Positions 20,201 through 30,400 of a stretch of 64,000 nucleotides of DNA are shown one piece after another. The notes beneath the pieces are model-generated. The model ran no database searches. It was given only the letters and a program-made list of their open reading frames with translations, and was not told the origin of the DNA. Position 1 is the stretch's first letter; each line of letters opens with the position of its first letter. Made by a program: the position numbers and the translations under genes. Source of the DNA: an uncultured Pseudomonadota bacterium (GTDB lineage: Bacteria; Pseudomonadota; Alphaproteobacteria; RF32; CAG-239). The DNA is taken from positions 142,418 to 206,417 of the forward strand of contig CACWKS010000002.1 in assembly GCA_902761535.1 (NCBI GenBank), written 5' to 3'.

Positions 20201-22000
20201 CTATTTTTGCTTTATAACTAAATCTTTAACTACAATCCCTATATATGTAGCATTTACTTTATCTATTTTATCAAGATACAAGTCGTTGGCGCTTTCTTTT
20301 GTCTCTTTCCGAATTTTTAATTTTATAGTATTATCTTTAGTAACTAAATTTTTATCAATTTCAAAAGTTATGTTGCGGAAATTTTTTTCAGAAATATCAC
20401 AAACAAATACATCACTACCATTGACATTAAATATGATTTTTATTTCTTCATCCGTCATTGTTTCAAATTTTAATTCCGCCCTTAAATTCGTTTGAGGTTT
20501 GGAAGCTAATTTGAAATTAAGCTCATCTACATAAATTTTATTAAGAACCTCCTCATAATAATCAGTCCAATTTAGAACATCTTTACCGGAAATTTTCTTT
20601 CCTAACGTATAGAGGTTATATTTCGTTTTATGCTCCGGTGGTGTTGTTAAAGATTCATAAAAGTCAGAATATGATATCAAATGATAATAAAAAGCGTTTC
20701 CCATTTTTTCAATCAATGTCTTACTTTCAGCAAAAATCGATCGTCCTAATCCGAAAGAGCGAGGAGATAATTTAATTTGTAATGCTTCTAAAATTGTCGG
20801 AGCTAAATCAAAAGTTGTAAACTGTTTATCTTGATTTATTGATAATCCTTGCGGCAGATTCAAAAAAACATTATAAATTCCGTGATTGGAATGATCTTTT
20901 TGGGATAATACTATAGGTATCTTATGATCCCCTAAAACAATAATAGTCGTATTTTCTGCAAAAGGTTGTTTTTTTAGCCAAGTTATAAAATCATAAACTG
21001 CTTTATCACTACACATAAAAGCATCACGTAAATCATTAAATTCAGCCTTACATGATTTATCTAAATGATAAAATCTTCCATGTGTATCAAGCGAAAATAA
21101 TGTCAACACAAAAGGTTTATTTTTAGCCATTTTTTGTAACTCTTTTTTTGCAGCTGTAAATAAAGCTCTATCATTCAAACCGTCAAAAGTTCCTTGATGT
21201 TGAGGCTGATTAAATTCCGGATATAATTTTTTTAACTCATCTTTTCCCAATACTTTTGTATAACCATGTGTTTTAGCAAAAATATCAGCATGGGTGTATT
21301 TAATATCAGCTGCCTTAATAATCTCGGTATGATAACCGTTGTGCTTTAATATTTCCGGAAAACATATCGCATTCGGCAAAAAATATTTTGAATATCTTAT
21401 ATCATTATTTTTACTCAAGCGATAGGGAATACCGCAATGCATAGCTGTCAAAGCGGTAATTGAAGCTGCGGTTAATCTTAGCTGATGATTATTTTTGCTG
21501 TGATTATTTTCATTTTGTAAAGATATTAAATTAGGTATAAGATTTTGCGAGTAATAGTTTTCATTGCTGAAATTTTGTTCAAAGCTTTCCATAATAATCA
21601 GAACCAAATTACGCTTTTTTTTCGGAAAGTTGAATTCAATCTCGGAGGGATTAACATACTCATCCTCATATAGCGTAGTTTTTTTAGTCATATAATATTG
21701 ATATTCGGCAAATCCTGAAAAATAAGCAATAAAAATCAAGTCAATTATAATAATCAAAACTTGTTGGTTAGAAGTTGTTTTCCATAAAATTAAAGGAAAT
21801 GCAATGGCAAAAAAAGATAACCCGATTATATAATCTTTTAATGAAATATTCTCTTCTATAACATCAGGAGTTAAACTGGTTATAACTTGTAAAATCTGTT
21901 CAAAAGAAACATAAGGATACAACCATTTAACATAAATCAGTATTGAGGTTAATAACAAACATATTCCAAGTAAAACAGCTAAAATCTTATCTGTTTTCAT
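20201..22000 (-). CDS. Sulfatase-family membrane phosphotransferase (LtaS/MdoB/OpgB-like)
   Basis: N-terminal transmembrane helices plus an extracytoplasmic alkaline-phosphatase-superfamily domain (MESFE, SLDTHGRF and VLGDH motifs). Confidence 0.7.
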   Translation of the reverse strand: MKTDKILAVLLGICLLLTSILIYVKWLYPYVSFEQILQVITSLTPDVIEENISLKDYIIGLSFFAIAFPLILWKTTSNQQVLIIIIDLIFIAYFSGFAEYQYYMTKKTTLYEDEYVNPSEIEFNFPKKKRNLVLIIMESFEQNFSNENYYSQNLIPNLISLQNENNHSKNNHQLRLTAASITALTAMHCGIPYRLSKNNDIRYSKYFLPNAICFPEILKHNGYHTEIIKAADIKYTHADIFAKTHGYTKVLGKDELKKLYPEFNQPQHQGTFDGLNDRALFTAAKKELQKMAKNKPFVLTLFSLDTHGRFYHLDKSCKAEFNDLRDAFMCSDKAVYDFITWLKKQPFAENTTIIVLGDHKIPIVLSQKDHSNHGIYNVFLNLPQGLSINQDKQFTTFDLAPTILEALQIKLSPRSFGLGRSIFAESKTLIEKMGNAFYYHLISYSDFYESLTTPPEHKTKYNLYTLGKKISGKDVLNWTDYYEEVLNKIYVDELNFKLASKPQTNLRAELKFETMTDEEIKIIFNVNGSDVFVCDISEKNFRNITFEIDKNLVTKDNTIKLKIRKETKESANDLYLDKIDKVNATYIGIVVKDLVIKQK

Positions 22001-22632
22001 AACAAAACCTCTTTAATTTTTTTAATTACCTCTGCAAACATTTCTTCGGTTAAAACTCCGGTATTAATATTATAGCGCGAAGTATGATAAGAATTAATCA
22101 TAATCAAATTATGTTTATCCAAATGATGTATGGCACCATGAGCAAATTTAAATGCTGATTTTTTATATCCCAAAACTCCCAACACCGCATTATGTGCAAC
22201 CGCACCCAAGGTCAAAATAACTTTGAGATTCGGCATTGCGGCAATTTCTTGAATTAAAAATTGTCCGCAGGTTTTAACTTCATCACCGGTAACTTTATTT
22301 TGCGGCGGCACGCAACGCACCGAGTTGGTGATTCTTACATTTATCAGCTTAAATCCGTCATCGGCTCTTTTGGCATAATTACCTTCGGCGAGTTTGAATT
22401 TTTTTAAAGCCGGATAAAGAATATCTCCTGCATAATCATTGGTGAAAGGCCTTCCGGTTTGATTAGCTCCGTGAAGTCCCGGTGCTAAACCTACTATCAA
22501 AACTTGTGCCGATAAATCCCCGAAAGAGGGTACTGGTGCATTGTAATAACTTGGAAATTTTTTCTTATTATCCGCACGAAATTCCAGCAAACGAGGACAA
22601 AGTGAACAATTTTTTTGTGGAGCACAATACAT
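21997..22632 (-). CDS. Uracil-DNA glycosylase family 4 (Fe-S type)
   Basis: N-terminal Cys motif CSLCPRL and the GLAPGLHGANQTGRPFTND motif. Confidence 0.8.
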   Translation of the reverse strand: MYCAPQKNCSLCPRLLEFRADNKKKFPSYYNAPVPSFGDLSAQVLIVGLAPGLHGANQTGRPFTNDYAGDILYPALKKFKLAEGNYAKRADDGFKLINVRITNSVRCVPPQNKVTGDEVKTCGQFLIQEIAAMPNLKVILTLGAVAHNAVLGVLGYKKSAFKFAHGAIHHLDKHNLIMINSYHTSRYNINTGVLTEEMFAEVIKKIKEVLL

Positions 22633-22818
22633 TGAGTTTCCAATCTTTCTGTAACAAATATCACTACATTAGCAAATTTATGTAAAAAAATATTTAATAA
22701 CCACTTTAAAATTCTTTTATGCGGATTATCTAAATTTTGCCAACCGAATTTACGGTTCGGTTCAGAATAGGACTTTTGTTAAAAATAAACCTATTTATAA
22801 ATGGAGTTTTAAATACAA

Positions 22819-23387
22819 TGAAAAAGACATTATTACTTGCAGGTGTAGCCTGTGCTTTATTATCAACTCAGGCTCATGCAGCCAACTGGTACAATACTAT
22901 GACTAAAAATACCAAAATCTATGTCGGAGCTGATTATGCTTTTGACAGTGTTGATTTCAAAGGTGCATTGCGCGAAGCCAAGGAAGATTATAATTCCGGT
23001 ATTTTTAACATCGGTGCCCGCATGGATTATATGGGCGTTGAGTTTTTCGGTCAATGGGGCTGGGGTGACAGCAAAGATACCCCCGATGGCAAGTTGAAAA
23101 CCAACTTAAATGCCTATGGTATGGATATGTATGGTTATATGCCGCTCGGTTGCGAGGGAAAATATGACATCATCGGAACCGTCGGTATTGCCGATTATTA
23201 TTATAAAGGCTTCATGGGCAACCAAAACGATACCAATAATCATGTCGGTTGGCGTATCGGCGGCGGTGCCATGTATAATATGACCGATCATATTTCCGCT
23301 CGTGTTGTCGGACGTTATGCATATATCGGGGCTTCGGATTTGAATCATGTTGCCGAAGTTACCGCCGGTATGCGTTATAATTTCTAA
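22819..23387 (+). CDS. Outer-membrane beta-barrel protein (Omp25/OmpA-like small porin family)
   Basis: The ORF track starts at 22737; the likely start is MKKTLLLAGVACALLSTQAHA (signal peptide). Alternating hydrophobic strands and a C-terminal ...MRYNF with aromatic final residue. Confidence 0.7.
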
Positions 23388-23410
23388 AACTTGAAGTTTA
23401 ATAACAGCAA

Positions 23411-23447
23411 AAAACCTTGTGCTTTTTTTCAAGCACAAGGTTTTTCG
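23411..23447 (+). terminator. Rho-independent terminator after the OMP gene
   Basis: ccttgtgc-tttttttcaa-gcacaagg hairpin followed by a T-run. Confidence 0.65.
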
Positions 23448-23461
23448 GCATGCTACAACAT

Positions 23462-24025
23462 TTATGCCGCAACATATTGCAATAATACCTCAATCGTTGC
23501 GGGTAATTCTTCTGCTGGTGTCGGGGTTATGTTTACCTTGGGGTTTCTTAAGATCCCCATGCGAAAACCTTTCATCGACATATAATGTCTGATTAGGCCT
23601 CGTTCTTCTTTGTTTAAGCCACACCCTTTCAGGTCAGCTTTGTTCATCATAAACAAATCCAACATCGTGGTTATATTATGATTCTTAAGATGGGAAGAGA
23701 AGGTTTCACCTATAACCCCGTTAATCGGGTACCGGCATTTTTCAGCCGTTTTCGGGGGAACAACTACCACCGACTGACCGAAATATACCGGATCATTGTC
23801 GAGGCTATAAGCTAAAACTTCTTTGGCAACATTGCGAGCCAATGTGGCTGTGTCAACATCCACATCGCCGCTAAAGAATTGCGTAGGACCCAACATATAC
23901 AAAGTATCACTGGTCCTCACAATGCCAGCCAAGGCAATTATTCGCTGTCCAGCCGGAACCGTTGCAGGCAAACCGAGCAGAAAATTTCTTATTTCCCGCT
24001 CGAAAATTTCTTGATTTTTCATCAT
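23462..24025 (-). CDS. Hypothetical protein with a C-terminal RNA polymerase alpha-CTD-like helix-hairpin-helix
   Basis: The C-terminus ADLKGCGLNKEERGLIRHYMSMKGFRMGI parallels the RpoA alpha-CTD sequence [24 protein letters not shown]. GC is moderately above the local average. Confidence 0.45.
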   Translation of the reverse strand: MMKNQEIFEREIRNFLLGLPATVPAGQRIIALAGIVRTSDTLYMLGPTQFFSGDVDVDTATLARNVAKEVLAYSLDNDPVYFGQSVVVVPPKTAEKCRYPINGVIGETFSSHLKNHNITTMLDLFMMNKADLKGCGLNKEERGLIRHYMSMKGFRMGILRNPKVNITPTPAEELPATIEVLLQYVAA

Positions 24026-24151
24026 ATTGAATTTTTTTTATTTATTAATAATTATTTATCAACCATAGAGATTATAGTATTTTGTCAATTTGTCAATAAA
24101 AAATAGCAAAAAATCCTCGCGGTCTTTATTCAAGACGGCGAGGAACAGTTC

Positions 24152-24751
24152 TCAACTTTTAATCACAACTACCAATTCAATAACACAGTCGTTGATGGGG
24201 ACATTAACTTCTGATGCAAACATTCCGAGCTTTGCCTCGTGATTTTTCAAGGCTTGCCTGATTTGTCCCAACAACTTATTGCCGATGTTGGTCAGTCGGT
24301 TCAAATTACCTTCTGAAAAACAAAGCAGTTCACCTATCTTATTGATGTTGCAGGAGTTTAACATTTTTTCTGCAATGACGGAAATATTCCTTTGGTTAAA
24401 ATCTTCTTTTTTGAGAAAATCGGCGATGTTAAGATTCAACAAATCGGAAACATTGTGGGAACATTTGACCGCATTGCAAACGAACATACAATCTCCGTTT
24501 GCTTTCTTTAGTTCGCTGATATCCAAAGCCAATTGTCCCGAAGCAGCCAAAACTGCCCCTAATGTGTTTTCACTTCGTTTGTAAACCATGTTATTGGCAA
24601 AACGACTTTTGTGAACAAGATCGGGAAAAGAAGGATTATGATGCAAAAGAATAACCCAACCTAACATTTGGTCAGATCCTACTTTAGCCTCCAAAAAACT
24701 GAAAATTCTCCGTTCCATTTGTGAAATGTCCTGAGAAACTTGAATTGTCAT
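24152..24751 (-). CDS. Hypothetical protein, paralogous to the upstream gene, with an alpha-CTD-like HhH tail
   Basis: The ORF track gives 24152..24769. The C-terminus ...GNLNRLTNIGNKLLGQIRQALKNHEAKLGM is alpha-CTD-like. Confidence 0.45.
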   Translation of the reverse strand: MTIQVSQDISQMERRIFSFLEAKVGSDQMLGWVILLHHNPSFPDLVHKSRFANNMVYKRSENTLGAVLAASGQLALDISELKKANGDCMFVCNAVKCSHNVSDLLNLNIADFLKKEDFNQRNISVIAEKMLNSCNINKIGELLCFSEGNLNRLTNIGNKLLGQIRQALKNHEAKLGMFASEVNVPINDCVIELVVVIKS

Positions 24752-24891
24752 AATAATAAAATTTATCAAATTAATAATATTAAAACGATGCTATACAAAC
24801 ACAATCTGATTTTTCTGTCAATTATAAACGCCTGATAATCACCAATTATCGGTTTAAATATTAAAACAGCAGATAATTAAATCGGCTTTTT

Positions 24892-26700
24892 TTACTCATC
24901 ACCAATTCGCAAAGCCTCAATAAATGCCGATTGCGGGACTTCCACCTTGCCGAATTGACGCATCCGCTGTTTGCCTTTCTTTTGTTTGTCCAGCAGTTTA
25001 CGTTTGCGGGTAACATCGCCGCCATAGCATTTTGCGGTAACATCTTTACGCAAAGCCGATATGGTCTCGCGTGCCACTACTCGTCCGCCGATACAGGCTT
25101 GCAACGGAATTTTGAACAAATGCCTCGGGATAAGGTCTTTCAATCTTTCGCAGATTTGTCGTCCGCGTGCTTCTGCTTCACTCTTATGGCAAAGAAAAGC
25201 CAAAGCATCAACCGGCTCTTCATTAATCAAAATCTGCACTTTTACCAAATCCGAGGTCTGATAGCTGGTCAATTCATAATCAAAACTTGCATAGCCGGAA
25301 GTTATTGACTTTAAGCGGTCATAAAAATCAAATACGATTTCATTTAACGGAATTTTATAAACCACCATTGCCCGTGAGCCGACATAAGTCAGTTCGACCT
25401 GTTCACCGCGACGCTCGGTGCAAAGTTTTATTACCGAGCCCAAATATTCATCCGGCGTCATAATCGTTGCTTTAACCATCGGCTCTTCAATCGAGGCTAT
25501 TTTCGTCGGATCTGGCATATCCGCCGGATTATGCAAAGTGATAACTTCGCCGTTGGTCATGTGAATTTTATAAGCCACTGACGGAGCTGTGGTAATTAAA
25601 TCAAGGTCAAATTCTCTTCCCAAACGTTCTTGGATAATCTCCATATGTAACAAACCCAAGAATCCGCAACGGAATCCTAATCCCAAAGCCGCCGAATTTT
25701 CATTTTGATAATCAACACTGGCATCATTGAGTTTAAGTTTGGCTAAAGCATCTTTTAGGGCACCGTATTGACTGGAATCCACCGGGAAAATCGAGCAGAA
25801 AACCACCGGCACCGAAGGCTTAAAGCCTTTTAACGGTTCGTCGCAAGGTGATTTGTCGTTAGTAATGGTATCGCCGACACTGCAGTCGCCCACACTTTTA
25901 ATGCTGGCGGTTATAAAACCGACCTCGCCGGGGTAAAGTGCCTCCACATCAGTCATCTTAGGCGAGAATACTCCCACTTTGTCCACCAAATAAGTCGCAT
26001 TGTTGGACATCATGCGAATAGGTGTTTTTTTGCGTAACACCCCATCATAAATACGTACCAAAATAACTACCCCGAGATAGCTGTCATACCAACTGTCAAT
26101 CAATAATGCTTTCAGCGGTTTGTTTTCATCTCCTTGCGGAGCCGGGAGTTTGGTTACGATTTCTTCCAACAAATTGTCAATACCCAATCCGGTTTTACCC
26201 GAAGTTTCAACCGCTTCGGAAGTATCAAGCCCGATAACATCTTCAATCTGTTGTTTAACTTTTTCAACATCAGCAGACGGCAGGTCCACTTTGTTTAAGG
26301 CCGGTATAATCTCGTGATTGTTGTCAATTGCCAAATAAACATTGGCTAAAGTCTGTGCCTCAACGCCTTGTGTTGCATCAACCACCAAAATCGAGCCTTC
26401 ACACGATGACAACGAACGCGATACTTCATAAGAAAAATCCACATGTCCCGGAGTATCAATCAAATTGAGTTGATAAGTTTTTCCGTTTTTTGCTGTATAA
26501 TTAAGCCGCACGGTTTGCGCTTTGATGGTAATACCGCGTTCGCGTTCAATATCCATATTGTCTAAGACTTGCTCCGTCATCTCACGCTTATCCAATCCGC
26601 CGCAACGTTCAATCAAACGATCGGCTATGGTTGATTTGCCGTGATCAATATGGGCAATAATTGCAAAATTGCGAATTAAATTTATATCATGATTACTCAA
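24892..26700 (-). CDS. lepA: Elongation factor 4
   Basis: [17 protein letters not shown] and NKVD GTPase motifs plus the LepA C-terminal domain; 602 aa. Confidence 0.95.
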   Translation of the reverse strand: MSNHDINLIRNFAIIAHIDHGKSTIADRLIERCGGLDKREMTEQVLDNMDIERERGITIKAQTVRLNYTAKNGKTYQLNLIDTPGHVDFSYEVSRSLSSCEGSILVVDATQGVEAQTLANVYLAIDNNHEIIPALNKVDLPSADVEKVKQQIEDVIGLDTSEAVETSGKTGLGIDNLLEEIVTKLPAPQGDENKPLKALLIDSWYDSYLGVVILVRIYDGVLRKKTPIRMMSNNATYLVDKVGVFSPKMTDVEALYPGEVGFITASIKSVGDCSVGDTITNDKSPCDEPLKGFKPSVPVVFCSIFPVDSSQYGALKDALAKLKLNDASVDYQNENSAALGLGFRCGFLGLLHMEIIQERLGREFDLDLITTAPSVAYKIHMTNGEVITLHNPADMPDPTKIASIEEPMVKATIMTPDEYLGSVIKLCTERRGEQVELTYVGSRAMVVYKIPLNEIVFDFYDRLKSITSGYASFDYELTSYQTSDLVKVQILINEEPVDALAFLCHKSEAEARGRQICERLKDLIPRHLFKIPLQACIGGRVVARETISALRKDVTAKCYGGDVTRKRKLLDKQKKGKQRMRQFGKVEVPQSAFIEALRIGDE

Positions 26701-26840
26701 TTTTTCCTAACTCCAAATCAAACAGTTACTTCAACATAAACCAAAATAAAATTTTCGCAAGCATTTTTAGTTTGACTAACCGTTTAAAAAGGCGCATAAT
26801 AAAAAATCATACCGTAATTATTAAGCAGAGGAGGTAACAG

Positions 26841-27278
26841 ATGAAAAAAATGATTGATATAGAGTTCGGCTCGCACCGTTATGATGAATTGGTCGAACTG
26901 CGTTATAAAGTTTTATTGGAACCTCTCGGCTTAAAATTTCTCGATTCTCACCGCTCGCAAGAAGCCGGGTATTTACATGTCGGTTGTATTGAAAATCTTG
27001 ATGATAAATTGGTCGGCGGTTTAATGATGGTGCCGCTTGATGATAAGACCATCCGCCTGATGCAGGTTGCGGTTGACGGCAAATATCAAGGCGAGGGTGT
27101 GGGAAGAAAAATGGTTGAATATGCACTTCTTCGAGCCAAAGAAGCCGGTTATGAGGTTGTAATTATGCATGCAATGCTTAATGTAGTCGGCTTTTATGAA
27201 AAACTCGGCTTTAAACAACAAGGCGATATTTTTGAAGAAGGCGGCGTAACTTTTGCCAAAATGCTGAAGAAAATTTAA
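26841..27278 (+). CDS. GNAT-family N-acetyltransferase
   Basis: Acetyl-CoA-binding motif QVAVDGKYQGEGVGRKMV. Confidence 0.7.
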   Translation: MKKMIDIEFGSHRYDELVELRYKVLLEPLGLKFLDSHRSQEAGYLHVGCIENLDDKLVGGLMMVPLDDKTIRLMQVAVDGKYQGEGVGRKMVEYALLRAKEAGYEVVIMHAMLNVVGFYEKLGFKQQGDIFEEGGVTFAKMLKKI

Positions 27279-27450
27279 ACTGGACAAATGAAATAAACCT
27301 TTTAATCTGTTCAGACCTGGTCGGAATTTTTTTTAAAACATAACATAATACTCATCAAATGATTAACAAAACATAAATATTTATTGCAAAATTTTATAAT
27401 GATTATATTATAAGGCAAATTATTGATAAAGCCACAGGAATTCTTTTGCA

Positions 27451-30400
27451 ATGAATAAAAATTTTTGGTTACTGTTGTTTTTTATTTTATGTTGCCCGGT
27501 ATTGACTTATGCCGGCATAAAAACGATTAATGATACGCCTTATGCCAGTGGCAATTCTGCGACGGTTTCATCCGGATCTTCCGATGATAATTCGTTATCT
27601 GCAAATTCCCCCAAGAGCCAAAATCTTCTTAATTCTTCCAATAACAGCAATGATTCGCAGTCTGATTCCCAAGCTGATGGGGACAGTGACGGAGATGGCG
27701 ATGGAAACGAAACTTATCCTGCCTGTTATTTTTCCGGTTGTGAAAATTATTCTTCTTGCCAATATTATGATATAAATAGTTTGTCTGTGGCAAGCAATTA
27801 TTGCAGTTGTGCCGCCAACAATACGAATATTGCCTTATGTGATTCGCAATTACATTATCACAGCACGGTAAATTACAGCGGCTATGCACGTGGTTTAGGG
27901 GTGAGTGCCGACAGTTCACTGACTTTAGTTTCTGGACAAAACAATTATTATTACCTTTCGAATGTAGATTATTTTTGTCCGGTTAAGTTAAATCTTGCAA
28001 CTTTGGGATATACTCTCAATCCTCTTTCCCAAACTTATTATACTGCAGCCCGTAGTCTGGATTGTGATTATGATTCATCAACCGGAGTAAATTTATTTAG
28101 TTACACAGGTATTAACTGCATTCGCCCCGGTTATGGCATCCGAGATGAACAAATAGTCAATCTTTGTATTTATGGGTGTGAAAACAATCCAAACCCTTAT
28201 GATGATATGTTAAATTATGAGAATCGCCCCAAAGGATTGCAGTTTTGTGACGCATTACGCAATCAACGAGATACATCATCTGCACGTAGTTTTTATTCAA
28301 TGGATAGTTATGATGATTTGCCCGCTGCCGCCTCAACCAAATATTATATGTATCGTCCCAATGTAGCCGCGGCTCCTGATGATTTTGATTATCAACTTGC
28401 TGAATGTGCTATCCGGTGCGGGGTGTCCGGAAATGCTGATATAACTCCTATTTGCCAAGGGTGGTATTATTTGCAAAATTGCAGTTCTTTCACTGCAGCG
28501 GAAGAAGCGGCCGGTTATTATATTTCTCCGCTATACAATTCCTATGCTGAAGCTGTTGCCGCGGCTTCACAAATTTCCTCATTTGACATTTGTTACAATT
28601 TTGATTACATATATCGCAAATCAACCTTTATTCGTTGCGGAATCAAACATAGTGCCGACGCAACCAACGGTGTTTATTCTGAAACCGAATGTCGTACCAA
28701 CAACGGCGTTTGTTCTGATACAGAAGGCGACAATTATACTTGCGGTGGCGAAACCTATTGCAAACGCTGTGTTTGTCAAAGCGGATTGTATACATTAGCC
28801 GAATGGTGTGCCGCCAATAATATCACCGAAGATTGCGATACCGAACATTATAAGGGGCAGGGGAACGGATGTAACTATGACGACACCAGCAGCGACTTGA
28901 GCGGTGTTAAATATGCCTCTTGGATATTAGATCCTGATAATCCCGATAATGTTTGTCAGCCGGAAGGGCAATATGTGGCATTAGAGGACATTTCCGCAGC
29001 GACTGTTGACGAGTTACACAACACTTATGGTCCTTCTGCCCAAATAAGCAAATGTATATCCGACAACACTATGAAATGGCAGATTACCTGCAGCAGCGAC
29101 TATGCATATATTTGCGGCATTGTTGATACTCCGAGCAATTGGTGCACCCATGGACATGATTCTTCCACCACCATGCGCAGTGAGGCGGCTTCTTCATCTC
29201 CTCACAAATATTGCACCAGCGGAACGCTCAGCGGCATTTGCGGAGAATCGATTATAATCTCAAACGGCTCGGGAAGCAGTTTAATCCCTGCCTCTTATGA
29301 TTTGAGAATTTACGAAACGGAATCGCCAGAGCAGTGTTATAACAGGTATGGACGTGCGGCCTCGGTTCAGCCCTGTATTTCTATTGATAATTACGGCTCC
29401 AAATACAATTGCTACTATGATTTGCGAGAATACATTTATTCCACAACCAATGATAACGGAGCGGTAGTCTGTCCGGTTCGCCATGATCTTACCGGAAATT
29501 ATATAGTTCTCAATGGGCAGAAGCGATGGGCGGAATGCAATTGTATGGGGCTTTACGATTACACCATTTACACATGTTCCGGCAACGCAACCGTTATGGG
29601 CAAGGCTTGCACTCAGAATTTATCAAATGTAAATTCATCAAATACGTTAATCAACAAATGGAAAGATAAAGTTCCATATGATCAGGTCAACAATCGCATT
29701 TTGGTAAATTCGGTTGACTTATATCCGTATTGCCAATGCGATGAACGCTTCAAATACACTTGTGATGATAATGAAAGAACGTCACCGCTACCTGACAGTG
29801 CTTATTGTCAAGTTGATGGACGCTATTATTATGAATCTTGTCAGTGTACCAAAGATAGCTTGCCGGATCATTGGTCGGATAATTATTTCAATTGCACTTC
29901 CGGCGCACAACCGACCGGTATCTGGAAAGAAGACGGATGCGGCGGCAAGATGTACCAGTGTTCCGATACCATAGTATGCACGTCCGAATATACTCAAACT
30001 TGCAACGGCACCGGACAAATTGGTGTCAGCGGTTATGGTTGCCAAGATGACGAGGGTGCGTATGTTAAATGGAAAAAGTGTCAGTGCGATACTGCCGGCG
30101 GATGGCATACTTGTTTAGAGGATAATCAAAGCGGTGTAGGTGATCCCTGCATTTCCGGAAATGTTAATTATTATCAGTCTTGCTCATGTCCGTCAGGTTG
30201 GGCAACTTGCGATGACGAGCATATACCGGATTCTTCGGTGCAATCATGTCAAACTGACGATGGGATAATTGTCTATGCCTCTTGCGGCTGTAATAGTAAT
30301 TACAGCGAGTGTAGCGGCAACGGACAGGTTGGAGACACCTCATCGGGCATGTGTACATTAAGCGGCGGCACTACTGTTTATGAAAATTGCATCTGCAAGA

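Noticed and set aside
20178-20495. Plus-strand 105-aa ORF overlapping the start of the sulfatase-family gene
   Set aside because: It is antisense to a gene with clear catalytic motifs, and its composition is low-complexity and hydrophobic, as is typical of AT-rich antisense frames.
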